A stretch of DNA of 64,000 nt from Rhynchopus sp. YZ270_cl-10 (Eukaryota), in contig OZ037841.1 in the NCBI GenBank assembly GCA_964035575.1, forward strand, positions 496,001 through 560,000, read 5' to 3'. Made by a program: the position numbers and the translations under genes. Position 1 is the first letter of the stretch. Each line of letters opens with the position of its first letter. The notes under the pieces are model-generated. The model saw nothing but the letters and a program-made list of their open reading frames with translations. It searched no databases and was not told the DNA's origin. Shown piece after piece: positions 1-11,925 of this stretch.

Positions 1-74
1 GGCGGTGCTGAAGCGCTTGGCGGTGCCGATGCCGCAGGCGGTGCTGACGCTGCAGGAGGAGCTGAAGGCTGCAT
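1..74 (-). CDS. 5' end of a gene running off the window; Pro/Ala/Ser-rich N-terminus (MQPSAPPAASAPPAASAPPSASAP...)
   Basis: ATG at 74-72 on the minus strand, preceded by a pyrimidine-rich tract. The frame is open to position 1, is GC-rich, and has the same orientation as all other host genes. Confidence 0.5.
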   Translation of the reverse strand, partial: MQPSAPPAASAPPAASAPPSASAP

Positions 75-1372
75 AGAAAAGAGTGGTTAATGTGTATCTT
101 CTGAGATGGGGGTAAAGAAAAGGAGAGGGGTAAAGGGGTGTTTTGAGTCGATGTGCGTCTTGGGTTGAAGGGGTAAGAGGTTATGAGCGGTAATGTAAAG
201 GGGGGAACGGAATGACGCATCCTGAAGGTCGTTAAGATTAGTTACGTAAAGTCTCGCATCGTGGGTTTGATGGTTCATTGTTTGAGCGAAAGAAACCCCA
301 CTTCTCACAAAGGTGGCCTGAGCGGGCTCTTTGAGGTTTTCCGAAAACGCATCGTTTCTCGGAAATTTTTTGAGCGAACACAGAATTTTCGGTAGATCTT
401 ACGAGAAACAGAAACTCGGCTGGGGACCCGCTGTGGCAGAGGTCTGACAGAGCGGGCCGCAAATTCGAAGCAAATCGACTGACTTCGACAAATGCTTAGC
501 TGAGGTCATCGTCCGGTTGGACAGGATGACTACGAGCCGTTCACATCTTCTCCGTTCGAGAGCGCGCACTGCGACAGAAATTCGAAGAAGCACACCGTCC
601 ACTTCTACGAGCCTTGCCACCGACTCTACGGGATTGGTAAACGACTGTCGCAGGACTTAGTTGAGTGGAGACACATCCGTTGCCAACAAGCAAGACCCGA
701 TCACGATGATTAAATGCTTCGTGGAGCTTCACCTCCACGACGGTTTCAAATCCTTCATGTCAGTTCATGGCATTCACGTCGGCTCCCTATTCTAGGAAAA
801 AGGCGGACCCGATCCGCTTTGGGCTGTGGTGCCGAGGACTGTGCGGGGCAAAAGTGTGCTGGAGTGCGCTTTGCTGCGTACGTGAAGGACGTTCCTTCTT
901 CGATCAATACGTTTTTCACGTACAGGAAGTTCTACGCCGTCAGGACAAAAAAGAATATCGGTCAAAATGGACTGGTTGTTTGTGGGGGGGTGGTGATTTA
1001 AAAAAAAAAAATGGGTTTTTGCTGCGAAGTCTTCTTTTGAGTTGTGTTGTGGTATGAATTTTTTTATTTTTTTGTAAAAAAAATTTGAATTGGGTGACGT
1101 TGGTAGAAGGTATGTGCAATGGGTGCACAAAAATGTTCGTTTTTTTTATACACAGAGGGTGATATTCGAATGTGAAGTTCAGACATAAAAGGGAAACGGA
1201 GGGGAAGAGAAAGGTAGTCGCATTAACGGTTGTTTTTTAGCATTTTCCTTCAAGGGGGGTCCGTGCATATAAAAAAAAACCGGATGGAGCATTTTGTGGT
1301 TCATTTATGATGGGGACAACTCGTCGTGCTTGAGGTAGGTTTTGGTACTACAAAAAGAGATAGAAAAATAGT

Positions 1373-1550
1373 GGTATTATGGCAACCAAGCTGAGATGCT
1401 TTGCAGAACGGTGTTAGCAATAGCAACAAAAACCATATAAAAGAGAAGTCAACCTGGTCAACCTGGTTCCCCGCAGGTTATCGAAACCCCCAGAGAGCAT
1501 TTCATTGGCATACACACAGTTACCACCGAGGATATTGTAAGCAGGAACAT
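1373..1550. repeat. ~180-bp dispersed repeat; direct copy at 10757-10968; includes an R2 unit
   Basis: GGTATTATGGCAACCAAGCTGAGATGCTTTGCAGAACGG...CATTTCATTGGCATACACACAGTTACCAC...TTGTAAGCAGGAACATA is present at both loci. Confidence 0.9.
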
Positions 1551-2079
1551 AATCATTGCCCCCATCCAGAACGGAGTGTTTTATCACAAAGAAATCAAAA
1601 CAAAAATATTACAAATATCGCCAATGAGTTACTCTGCTGCTCTGCATGGTATGTACAAACCAAAAGAGGAATTTTTTAAAAGATGATCCAAAGCCTCGAT
1701 GGTCACCGTACTACTTTAAAAAAAGGGGGCAAAATTGAAAGATGAACCATTATATGCACCACTATGCACACATCATCTAAAACAAACACAGTAGCACCCT
1801 TAACTCAACGGTCAGGCAGCCTTACATAATGGGTAATACCTTTTATCTACCATCGCCCCTGTTGCTATAAATATCATTTCCCCCCCAATATACACAAAAA
1901 CAATAAGACACATGACACAAAAAAGTGAAGGTTGAAAAATAGTGCAAGAAAAATGTTCCTTCTTTTTGCACATAACATAGATGGGGTGAATGGGGACAAA
2001 TCTTCGAGGATAACCCTTTCCACCGATCCTCCTTTTTCACTAAGAGTCTTTTGCAGTTTTTATTTTTTTTTGTTTTTTT

Positions 2080-2127
2080 GAAAACTTGGTTGTATTAGTG
2101 TAGACACCCGAGGATGAACTCCACTAT
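2080..2127. repeat. Dispersed 48-bp repeat R5 (GAAAACTTGGTTGTATTAGTGTAGACACCCGAGGATGAACTCCACTAT)
   Basis: Copies at 2831-2878 and 49069-49116 each differ by one base; partial copy at ~56616. Confidence 0.93.
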
Positions 2128-2992
2128 TTTTTTTTCTAAATTATTGGAGTAGTGTAGTTGCCTCGGTTGTGTTACCACAGTTGTGCAATCTCCACTTTTT
2201 ATTTGTTCGCATAAGTATCATTGTGGGCTGGACTGGTAATAGCCATTTCGCACCCTCCCTCCAGGCCAAGGAGGAATCCCTCGAGAGGGAACTTGAGGAA
2301 CAAAAAAAAATCCCGAGAGCCGAAATACAGCACGGAATCAATCAATAATACAATAATAAGGGATATCTAAGTTTTTGTTGCAATAAAAAGAATGCTGTGA
2401 AAATAAAGAACGTTGAAACAATACTCTTTGCACGGGAGGCGTGCAGACACATTAAATAACCAAACTTTGGGTGTGTGATTTTTCTCGTTGGTTTGAGAAA
2501 AAAAAATGTTGCAATTTCTTTTTTTGTGTTTCCACACAAGAAAGGAATGCTGTTTTTTTTTTTTTTTGCTTTGTCTTTTTCATTTTCGACACAAGGCAGA
2601 GACATTTCTCTCTCCCTCCTTTCTCTGACCACCCCCACGGCCATCCCCACCCCCCTCACCTCCCCTACCACTCCCCCTCTACTAACTAATCATCAAAGAA
2701 AAGTTTATAAGACTCGCCCAAGCCTTGATAAGCCTCACTAATGTTTAGCCCAATTTTTTTTTTTCTGTAAAAAAGAGTTGAAAAATGCAAAATACCGTTC
2801 CTCGGGGAGACACCATTTCATTTTATTTGTGAAAACTTGATTGTATTAGTGTAGACACCCGAGGATGAACTCCACTATATTTTATTTTTGTCCAAATCAG
2901 GGAATTCAGCGAAAAGATTATCGTCGCTGGGAACTATCATCATCTTCTCTCTCTCTCTCTCTTTCTCTCTCTCCTTTTTCTCCTTTCCCCCC

Positions 2993-5900
2993 TCACTGAA
3001 CCAATAAGGGGCGCACACCTGGACTCACATCCCCTTGGTTGGAGGGGCTGAATAGAGGGTCTTCCTGTTGCCCGGTAACGGTGTTGAAGTGGGTTGTTTG
3101 CAAATCGGGTGAAGTGTCGGAGAGGACATGCGCTGGGCCTAGCTCTGAGGGAGCACTACCGTGGGAGATGACAAAGCGGGTTGCCCCACGCACATTGGCA
3201 GCAGCACTGACAGCGCCACTACCCCCACCATTCGGAAGCTCCTCCGGCGCACTCTCCTCTGAGCTTGTACTCAAATCCAACCCACTGTCATCACCTCCCT
3301 GCACCCATTTCTTCTCAAAGTCCTTTTTCCCAAAGAGCCCTCCCTTACGTCGTCCAAAGCCGTCGCCATTTGCGTTTAAGGTTCGCTTCTTCTTTCGATT
3401 CTTCAAATTCACGTCTCGAGCAAGAAATTTAACATAATGATGCATATTCACTAGCAGCGAGCATAGCGCATGTTTATTCCAATCCCCGGTTTCGAAGGTA
3501 CCTCCTTTGCCGCACATCATGTCGTGGATGTCGGTAACGCGGTCTTCCATTGGGAGGTCGAATCTTGTGTAGCTTGCGACGCTGCGTTGCCAGTGGTGGT
3601 GGTATTCTAGAAGGTCTTGCCAGAGAACAGATTCGGTAAGACCGAGCTGCATGCAGGGGATCTTGATAAGCATGCGTTCGTAGGAGACGAGGGTGTGCCA
3701 GCCGCCCAGCTCACGTCGAAGGAATGACTGTACAGATTCGACCCGGTATTGCGCAGCACCGCCAAGCCCAACGGAGACCGGTACCATATCCCCTTCGCGG
3801 CGGGACGTAACGCTGACCCTCGGATCTGCTGCAAATTCAAGCTGCATCAAGCAAACGCTCGCGCGAATCATCTCCTTCGGTGTGCCCCTCTCCAGCCTGC
3901 AGAAGAGCTTGAGGTAGTCCTTCCAGAAGGTGCGCGGGTTTTCGCGCCAGCGTTTTTGGTAGCGCGCCTCGCGTGGTGTTGTCGTGTTTGGGTCCTGCTT
4001 CTTCCCGCAGATGTTGCCGCATAAATAGATCAAGGTGATGGCGTGCATCTTGACCTCGCGGAAGAGGGAAGAGGTGTTGAAGAATTTCTTGACAGATTGT
4101 GGTGGAAGAGAAACGGCAGGGTCGTGGCGCGCTTTGTTTACAAAGCGGCGGTAATCCCAGTTTGATCGTTTCACCTCTGAGAACGATTCAGTCAACACCG
4201 CAATCACCAAATTAAACAAAACCACAACACAAATAATCACAAATGCGACCATAAAGAGCGGTGAAAACACTCTTCGTGCCTCCCGCATTTCTTCGTAGCT
4301 GAAGTCGCCGATCAATGCGCGAGCGAGACTACTGAACGTTGAAAACATATCCCTATACCCCACTACCACATGACCGTACACTATGTGCGCACACAGGGCA
4401 AATGCCAAGAAGATTATGGTCGAAATCACGCAAATTGCGAATATATCCCACGCAGCGGTGCCCAACGTACGGAGCAGGACGTTCACGGTGTTGTTGAGGC
4501 GAAGGTAGTAGAAGATACGAGAGTAGGTCAGCACCGCGTTGATTCCGTCGAGAATGCTCATCAAATGCACCAACGAAGAAAGAGAATCGTACGCCTGCGG
4601 GAATGAGTCTACACACACTATCGATGCCTCCGTCAGCCCTCGCCTCATATACTCAAACCGGATCGACGTTGTAACCAAAAAAATCACATAATTCGCAAAA
4701 TCATACAAAAACCACGGATGCTCAATCAACACTACCAAAAAACTCTTCGCAATCTTCTGCCCAGTCGCACGGTGTTTACGTAATACCCGATTCGCCAGCC
4801 GCTTTAGAAACCACATAATAAAAAAGAATAGCGTAACAAAATAGAGAACCAAAAAGAAATTATACGCAAAGTGGTGGGTCCGCCAATCAAACAGACGAAA
4901 TGGGTGGGACGTCATGGTAGGGATGAGTGCACCGCCTGCTGAGAACTCTATTGCAAATTCGAATCGAGTAAACAGCCTAATATTTGTATTGTACGTGAAG
5001 AACGTTACTATGACGGCACGGGTTTGGTCATCAATCCATCCAGCCTGTTTTAGCTGCGAAAAGCGATCAATCACCTCAGACTTATCCATGCCAAAATTCA
5101 ACACATCTGCAAACCCTCCACAGTCATAACCCAACACGAATTGCGCAGTTTTCCCCAAATACGATTCTACGTGTGTACCATTCAAAGTGCCACATGATGA
5201 ATAAACCCATGCATTGTGCGCCTCTACCTTATGGACTACACCGTTCGCATCGGTCCATTCACGGTCCGCATCCCCCTCAACCAGAAGTGAATAATCATCT
5301 GTATTTTCCGTCCCATCTCCCCAATCCGGATAGCACTCATTTTCTCGAAATTCTGATATTCGTAAAGTATGCTCATCGGATCCAACAGGTGCACATCGTT
5401 CCGCCCCAGATTCGAACATATGCTTTTGCCCTGTACACATTGGTGCAGTGCTCACCGAAACCCTTTTTTGTCGAAATTTTAACGCGCCAATTGGAGCGTT
5501 AGAAAATTGTATTGCATTTGCTCCTCTACCGTCACCCCAAAACCCTGCTACTAACGGTCCGTCTACCCATTCCCAAAACTCTGTTTCATCGCCGATGTCG
5601 TAAAAGCTCTTTTTGAAGTATACGCCGTTGGAGGTGGTGGTGGTGGAATAGAATTCTTCGTATAAGAAAAGGTCGGAGACGCCGGTGTGGACCCAGACGG
5701 AGGCTCGGAGACCTTTATCGGCGATGATGAAATAGGTGAAGAGGAGGACAAAGGGGAGGTACAGGATCAGGCCGATTTGGTCGTTCGCTCTGCGGTGCTG
5801 GTGTTCGGTGAAGGTGATGGGGAATGAAGAGTCGGTTCCCACATCGGGGTCGAGCGTGCAAAACTGCAAAACCAACGCAGTGTCAACAGTAGGCGGGCTG

Positions 5901-7033
5901 TGCCCCATAGAATCCGCAACCTCAAAGATAATCTCTTCCTGCTGTGCGCTAAGTTCACAGCCCGCCTTTTTTACGTCAACTAGGAAATCGCTATGAGACA
6001 CGTGCGGTCTCGTTCTCCACAGCTTGGATAGCCGTTTCGAAACGTCGACATCAACGTTCAACCCTAAAGACCGTAACAAAGCTGATTGCGTTTCCTTTAG
6101 AACTTCGTCCCATAGTTCTCGTTTCCACATTGGTACTGTAACTGCCTTGCCGGTTTGCATGATGTGCTTTGGGGCGCGAAAATCCCCTTTCGCAAGTGGC
6201 GCCTGAGCGAACCTAGAAATCTCGTCAACCGAGATGGACCCATCCGAATCAAAATCAAAAAAATGAAAAACGCGTTCAATCAACGCCGTCTGAGCGGATT
6301 CTCGATCTTTCAAAACCTCGACCTTAGCAGAAGGGCACAACGTAGGAGGCTCTGCAGCAAGCGACTCATTCCCTCCAGTCTCAAAAATCATTTGAAAAAG
6401 CGCGGAAAACGCGTCGAAATCAACGCTACTCCCTTCAGACATTGTGTTGAAATGACTCAAAAACTTTCCCCTCGTTAGCTGCACCGCAGACAGCGCTTTG
6501 ATCAACGAATAATGCGGGGTTTCACTCACCGTTCCGGTCAGCGCTCGCACCGCTTTATGCCGCCTTTGGGTCAGAGTATGCTTTCCTCTTGCACGAGGAT
6601 TACTACCATCTGTGTTGGTGTTCACACCACTGCAGCCTCCAGTATTCATAGGGGTGGTGTTCGCTGTGTTGACGGTGCTGTAGGTCTGGAGCTGTGGCAC
6701 GGGGTCGTCTCCTTGGTTGCCAAATGCATCGTCTATTGCATCAATAGCAGCAGTGTCGTTTGGGAGGAGCGGCTGTGGTGGTGGTGTCGTGGGCAGTTGC
6801 AGCGAAGCAGGGGCAGTCCGCTCCGGCAAGGGGTTGCGTATTTGAGGTACGCCAGCCTTTCGTCTCCGCGGGCGGATCAGGTCTGCCGGCGTGCCCGTGG
6901 TAGTCGACCCGTCGTCCCATTGCACCACAAAGCGGTACCCAGGCAAACGTTTGCGAACAATTGCATCATAGTACTGCCCTTGAAACTCAGCCTCAACAGC
7001 ATCTCCTACACGCCAACTCAAATCTGAACTCAT
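2993..7033 (-). CDS. Polycystin-2 (PKD2/TRPP)-like cation channel with N-terminal Tudor/Agenet-like domain and EF-hand-like motifs
   Basis: Intronless 1346-aa ORF. Polycystin motifs: 'FWEWVDGPL', 'IGALKFRQKRV', 'WIDDQTRAVIVTFFTYNTN', six hydrophobic segments and 'LFNLVIAVLTESF'. N-terminus 'VGDAVEAEFQGQYYDAIVRK...FVVQWDDG' is Tudor-like; 'FDFDSDGSISVDE' is an EF-hand loop. Confidence 0.9.
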   Translation of the reverse strand: MSSDLSWRVGDAVEAEFQGQYYDAIVRKRLPGYRFVVQWDDGSTTTGTPADLIRPRRRKAGVPQIRNPLPERTAPASLQLPTTPPPQPLLPNDTAAIDAIDDAFGNQGDDPVPQLQTYSTVNTANTTPMNTGGCSGVNTNTDGSNPRARGKHTLTQRRHKAVRALTGTVSETPHYSLIKALSAVQLTRGKFLSHFNTMSEGSSVDFDAFSALFQMIFETGGNESLAAEPPTLCPSAKVEVLKDRESAQTALIERVFHFFDFDSDGSISVDEISRFAQAPLAKGDFRAPKHIMQTGKAVTVPMWKRELWDEVLKETQSALLRSLGLNVDVDVSKRLSKLWRTRPHVSHSDFLVDVKKAGCELSAQQEEIIFEVADSMGHSPPTVDTALVLQFCTLDPDVGTDSSFPITFTEHQHRRANDQIGLILYLPFVLLFTYFIIADKGLRASVWVHTGVSDLFLYEEFYSTTTTSNGVYFKKSFYDIGDETEFWEWVDGPLVAGFWGDGRGANAIQFSNAPIGALKFRQKRVSVSTAPMCTGQKHMFESGAERCAPVGSDEHTLRISEFRENECYPDWGDGTENTDDYSLLVEGDADREWTDANGVVHKVEAHNAWVYSSCGTLNGTHVESYLGKTAQFVLGYDCGGFADVLNFGMDKSEVIDRFSQLKQAGWIDDQTRAVIVTFFTYNTNIRLFTRFEFAIEFSAGGALIPTMTSHPFRLFDWRTHHFAYNFFLVLYFVTLFFFIMWFLKRLANRVLRKHRATGQKIAKSFLVVLIEHPWFLYDFANYVIFLVTTSIRFEYMRRGLTEASIVCVDSFPQAYDSLSSLVHLMSILDGINAVLTYSRIFYYLRLNNTVNVLLRTLGTAAWDIFAICVISTIIFLAFALCAHIVYGHVVVGYRDMFSTFSSLARALIGDFSYEEMREARRVFSPLFMVAFVIICVVVLFNLVIAVLTESFSEVKRSNWDYRRFVNKARHDPAVSLPPQSVKKFFNTSSLFREVKMHAITLIYLCGNICGKKQDPNTTTPREARYQKRWRENPRTFWKDYLKLFCRLERGTPKEMIRASVCLMQLEFAADPRVSVTSRREGDMVPVSVGLGGAAQYRVESVQSFLRRELGGWHTLVSYERMLIKIPCMQLGLTESVLWQDLLEYHHHWQRSVASYTRFDLPMEDRVTDIHDMMCGKGGTFETGDWNKHALCSLLVNMHHYVKFLARDVNLKNRKKKRTLNANGDGFGRRKGGLFGKKDFEKKWVQGGDDSGLDLSTSSEESAPEELPNGGGSGAVSAAANVRGATRFVISHGSAPSELGPAHVLSDTSPDLQTTHFNTVTGQQEDPLFSPSNQGDVSPGVRPLLVQ

Positions 7034-7696
7034 CTGTGCATTATTTTGATTTTTTCAGATGAAAATAAAAAAGAAGAAGAAGAGAAGTTTGTATTAAAAA
7101 ACTGTGATTTGTGTGGGTTTAAATAGAAAAGCATCATTGGAGACGCAGATTAAGTCTGCGCGATGCCTGGTCCTGTTCCGGTTCCGGGAGGGAACGGAGA
7201 AAAAAAGGGGATAGAATTTGCGAGAGAAAAAAAAATCGTTTTTGTTTTCGTTCGTGCTGATTGTGGTAAAGATGATCCTTTTTTCTTTATCCTCTCGGGG
7301 GTTTTTGTCACCAAAAAAAGGGGTGATATGGTCTGACATATTTGGTTTGACTGAGAGTGGGATTTAGTATTGTTATTTTATTGCACCAAAAAATCGGAAG
7401 CGCTATAAAAAAAAGGTCCAAAAAATAACATCGATTTCGAAATACTGCGAAAAGAAAAGTTGAAAGATGAACACGCCTTACATTGCGTACAGATCTTGAA
7501 AACAATAAAAACCCTTCTGACAACGATTCGCATTTCGGGTTTTGCGCAGATCAAGTACAGCTATCGACATCCGAACCCTATTTTTTTTTATAATGTATTG
7601 TGTCGACAATCGCCTACCCGAGGTAGGCTTATGTACACAGCAGATACCTCACCATTTCCTGCTACCTTTTTTTGCTTTTTTTTTCTCCTTGAAAAT

Positions 7697-9930
7697 TTAC
7701 CCAATCAGAGCGACCCGTCTCCTAGTAGGTCCCGGGGCGTAGTAATCAAAGTCATCATCCCCATCAGAAACGTCGTCATCAGAGTCCATCTTCGCGGCAA
7801 GCACCTCATCGTCACCACCAACCAGACCTTGGAGAAGCGTTGCAATCTGTTGGTTCGGTTTGATGAAATGAATGAAAAAACGTTTTCTGCGTTTCCCGTT
7901 TAACCACATTCTGTCGAAGTACGAGGAACCATAGTTTGCGGGAATATCCGTTGAAATAGGGACTCCAGTTCCTGGCTGCAGAGACGAATAGTAGAGACCC
8001 TGCTTCGAGAGCTTTACTAGGTTCAAGGATGTATGCGCTGAGTAGAGCGCGTGGTCCGACACCATGGTGACGGCACCTCCCACCGCCAGGGCTCCATGGA
8101 TTCCTTCGAAGAAGGTTGGGTCGAGGAGATTGCTCTTTGCTCCCATCCATCCAGGGGGCTCAGGATAGTTGATAAAGAAGTCGTGGATGTTGGCACCACG
8201 GAGCAGATCCACCGCCTCTCTAGCGTCACCACAGATCAATAGAAGATTGTCGGAAGGCTCCACATCAGACCCAAGAAGCTTCCTCTTCGTCCACGCTTGG
8301 TACACTCGGTCAGGACGAATTTCAACCCCAATCCAATTCGCTTTGCCTCTCTCACTGGAAGCCCTGTCCACCACCCATTCACCATGCCCACTGCACACCT
8401 CAACACGAAGTGGCAAGGTGAGATCCGCAAAGTGCGCCGACAAATCAATCTTTTTTTGGGGAAGAATCAGCACCTTTGGGTCCTCCTTATAGCAGGTTAC
8501 GGTTTTGCTGGTAGCAATGGTGGTAACACCGAGAAGAACACCCTCTAGCTTGTCGATGTCAGCGGTAACCTCTTTGTCGCGAAGACGGTTGAACATTGCG
8601 GCGGAGTTTTCTCTGGCAGAGGCGATGTTGGGTTTTTTGGTGGCCGGTGTTCGGTGCATAAATTCTGCCTTTTGTTTTGATTGTACTCCATCAAGCTGGG
8701 ATTTGGCCGATGAAATCGCAGCTTTCGCTAATTCTTCATCTCCAGCAATGATACAGGCAGTGGCCAGCGCAACGCACGCCGCGTGGTTTACCTTCTCGTT
8801 GTACTCTGCGAGATAGGCGGCAGCCTCCTTCAGCATGCCGTCAGAGGAAAGCGCCTTCACAGCGTACTCCAGCGCCGCTCCGTTGCGGGCGACGTTGATG
8901 TGGATTTCCTTGAGTTTCGCGATGGTGACTAAAGCGCTTTTTCCGTCGGTGTTACGCATGCAGCCTCGGATGAGAGTGGCAGCCATTCGATCATTGGGAT
9001 CAGCGTTGTAGGTCTTCTTCATAGAAAAGAGCAGTGACGTTGCTTCGCGTTGGCGGCCTTCACCGCAAAGACCTTTCATGAGAGTGGTGATGACTACCTC
9101 GTTGGGGACGATGCCCCAGTTCTTTTGCGAGTCGTTGAAATACCGCATCGCAGAGTCCAAATCACCACAACGGATGCAAGCGTTCACGATACCTGATGGC
9201 AAATTTGTGTGAAAAATAAAAAGATTACTCCCCCGGGACATTAAGAAGAAAAGTTTATAAGATGATCCTAAGTCTCTCACCTTGATCACATTCGTTATCG
9301 CAGCTGCGTGGGTTTCCACAAATTTGTTGTAAGTAAATGGAGGTTTTTTTCTAATTTTACCAGAGAGAGAAGAAGTAGGGCGTCCTGCAATCCATTTCGA
9401 GGTTTATATTTGAAAAAAAAAGGGGGTGTCATACCTGCAAGCGTATAGACCGTCGGGGTTGTAATGCCTTGCAGCAACCGAAGCGCCTTTTCTGCGTACC
9501 CAAGCTGCTTGTCGCTTCCGTGCTCTGAGATGGCTCTGTTCAGAGGGCCTGCGGTGCGGCTGTGTCGTGCGTCTTTTGCAGAACGACGGAGGTTCGCGGC
9601 ACTGCGGAGCATCAGCTTCTCTTCGTCGTTCAACCCTTTGCGCACATCACCGTCGAGAAGCAGAACGTCCTCTTTAGTCCAAATCCTGTATTTGTCTTTC
9701 GAAAAGACAACGCCATCGCTCACCGCAGCTATCTGAGACAAGACTGTAGAAATATCCGGCGTCTCCTCCACAACAGGTGCAGGCGCAGAGGTGCTGCTCT
9801 TCGCCCCAAACTGCACCGCCCGCCGGCCCCCAAGAAAGACCACCGCGTTCCCCGCCTTCCGCTCCTCCGTGCGCGGCTTCTTCGCAGGGCGCTCGCCAAC
9901 GAAGAGAGCCCCTCTCGGAACCTTCCCCAT
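7697..9930 (-). CDS. Pentatricopeptide repeat protein fused to a tRNA (guanine-N7)-methyltransferase (TrmB-like) domain; exons 9930-9435 and 9192-7697
   Basis: A GT-AG intron at 9434-9193 (GCAG|GTATGA ... CATCAG|GT) joins two ORFs into a continuous PPR motif 'TVYTLAGIVNACIRCGDLDSAMRYF...PNEVVITTLMKGLC'. C-terminus has 'VEVCSGHGEW', 'NWIGVEIR', 'FINYPEP', 'VSDH' and 'SYFDRMW' (TrmB-like). Confidence 0.88.
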
Positions 9931-10097
9931 TGATTGTCCTTTTTGTGTACTTTTTTTTCCTGAGATGAAGTGGCGTGGTGGTGGTGGGAGAAATGGAGTA
10001 AAAGAGGAAATGAACAAAACCTTTTGTTTGATGCAGTGTATCTTTGCTTTGTTGAAATCACCTAGAATATACCCAGGTAGGGGGCAGCCTGAGACCC

Positions 10098-10148
10098 GGC
10101 AGTGGTGGCTGCATACGCATTGAATACGCGTATGCAGCCACCACTGCC
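10098..10148. repeat. Perfect 21-bp inverted repeat with a 9-nt spacer
   Basis: GGCAGTGGTGGCTGCATACGC-attgaatac-GCGTATGCAGCCACCACTGCC. Confidence 0.95.
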
Positions 10149-11925
10149 CTAGGGGGTAACCTCAGGGGGTACGCGACGCTTACCCTAAAAGACTTTGTGT
10201 TGTGTCGGTCACCCAATCCCAGAGGCGGGTTCTGTACTATGTAAATGTCACCCGAAGGTTAGTTTGTATTAAATTCGTTTTCGATCTACGATTTGACGAT
10301 GTTCTCGTGAGAAAAGAAAGAAAAAGTAGTTTAAAAACATGCGAAAAACGCAGCTCGGCCGTGCTCATGCAAAGGGCGGGGAACGTGAGTGATCCGTACC
10401 GTAAGAGAACGGAGGCAGTTCACAACCGCTCAGGCCACGCAACCCTTTACGCTCCAGCAATAAACGGCCTGCTCTGATTTTTGCACGATAGTTACCGTGG
10501 GAGCAAAAAAAATGGCAAAAAAAATGTCCCTTTTTTAGGCCTACCATGGAAATGACAGCCAAAGAAAAAAAAAGAACCGTTGAAAAAAAATCAGGGCAAA
10601 AAGAAGTAGCTTAGGACACGCAAGGATGTGCTCCACAACGTTTATAAAGGGGGGAGAATGTCAGAAAGAAGTTCTTCTCCTTCTCCCCCCCTCTGTGAAG
10701 CAAAAACGAAAACCATACATAAAAGGTGTGAGAAGGCTGTGAATGGGTGTTGGGGGGGTATTATGGCAACCAAGCTGAGATGCTTTGCAGAACGGCGTTA
10801 GCAAAAGCAACAAAAACCATACAAAGAAAAGTTGACAGTGCAAAACGCACCACCTTTTTCATCGACGAACGCAGACACTGATTCTCTGCGGGCTATCGAA
10901 ACCCCCAGAGACCATTTCATTGGCATACACACAGTTACCACGCGAGGGAGGTTGTAAGCAGGAACATATGCCCTAACCTAGACAGATACTTAACAGAATC
11001 TCATAAAAACTTTTTTTTTTTCCAAAATTTACTAAAACTCGAAGCCCTTACGCCACAAAAAGGGATATCCAAGAAGACAAATCCAAGGAGCAAAAAAGAA
11101 CAGTTGGTAAAGATGAACGTAAGCCTCTCCGCTTCACCTGAGGCTTAGGGTTTAGGATTGTCGACAACTTGAAAGATGAACGTGTGCCTCTCTTGCGACT
11201 CAAAAAAAGAACGAAAAGAAAAGAAAAGTTTATAAGATGACCCTAAGCCTCTAGTGCTTAGTCACATTCTTGATCACATTCGTTATCGCGCAGCAAAAAA
11301 AGCAATAGCTACTCGCTTATCGTGGTCTGAGGGGGAGCAGGAGGGAAAGGCGAGGGAAAACCCCACAAAAGAGTACTGAAAAGAGTGGGTTCATTTTTAG
11401 TCTAGTTTTGTGGGGTAGGCAGTGTGGGTAAAATGAAAAAATAGGAAAATACTTAGTTTGCATATGGTTGTAGTGCGTATTGCACAAATAAACACCAAAC
11501 GAAAAAACGGCGTTAAAGAAGCACAAAAGGGAACACCGTACAGGTCTCTTATCTGGGACCAAATCACATCCCACGGTTCTGCACTCCATAACATTTTGCA
11601 ATGTGTTCGTTCTTTTTCTCATGCAAAAACGCTCCACTCCTCTTGCGGGACGGTCCTGTGTGTATGAGGAAAAATAACGGCTGACCTACGAAGCCAGCTG
11701 CGAATAAAAGCACAGACGCAACACCTCCCTTACTTATTCAAGATAGCATACCCTTCTTTGACTGCGTACAGCCCACGACCCTCTTGCATGGTGAAGTGCG
11801 CGAAAGAGGTGTTGCTAACTGCCACACCACCACTGATAAGAACGTAACCACGTTGGGCCTGTGGGGTGTGTGGGGGGGTTTTTTTACAAAATATTTGGCC
11901 CTCAATCTCTCAATCACTCTAGCTG

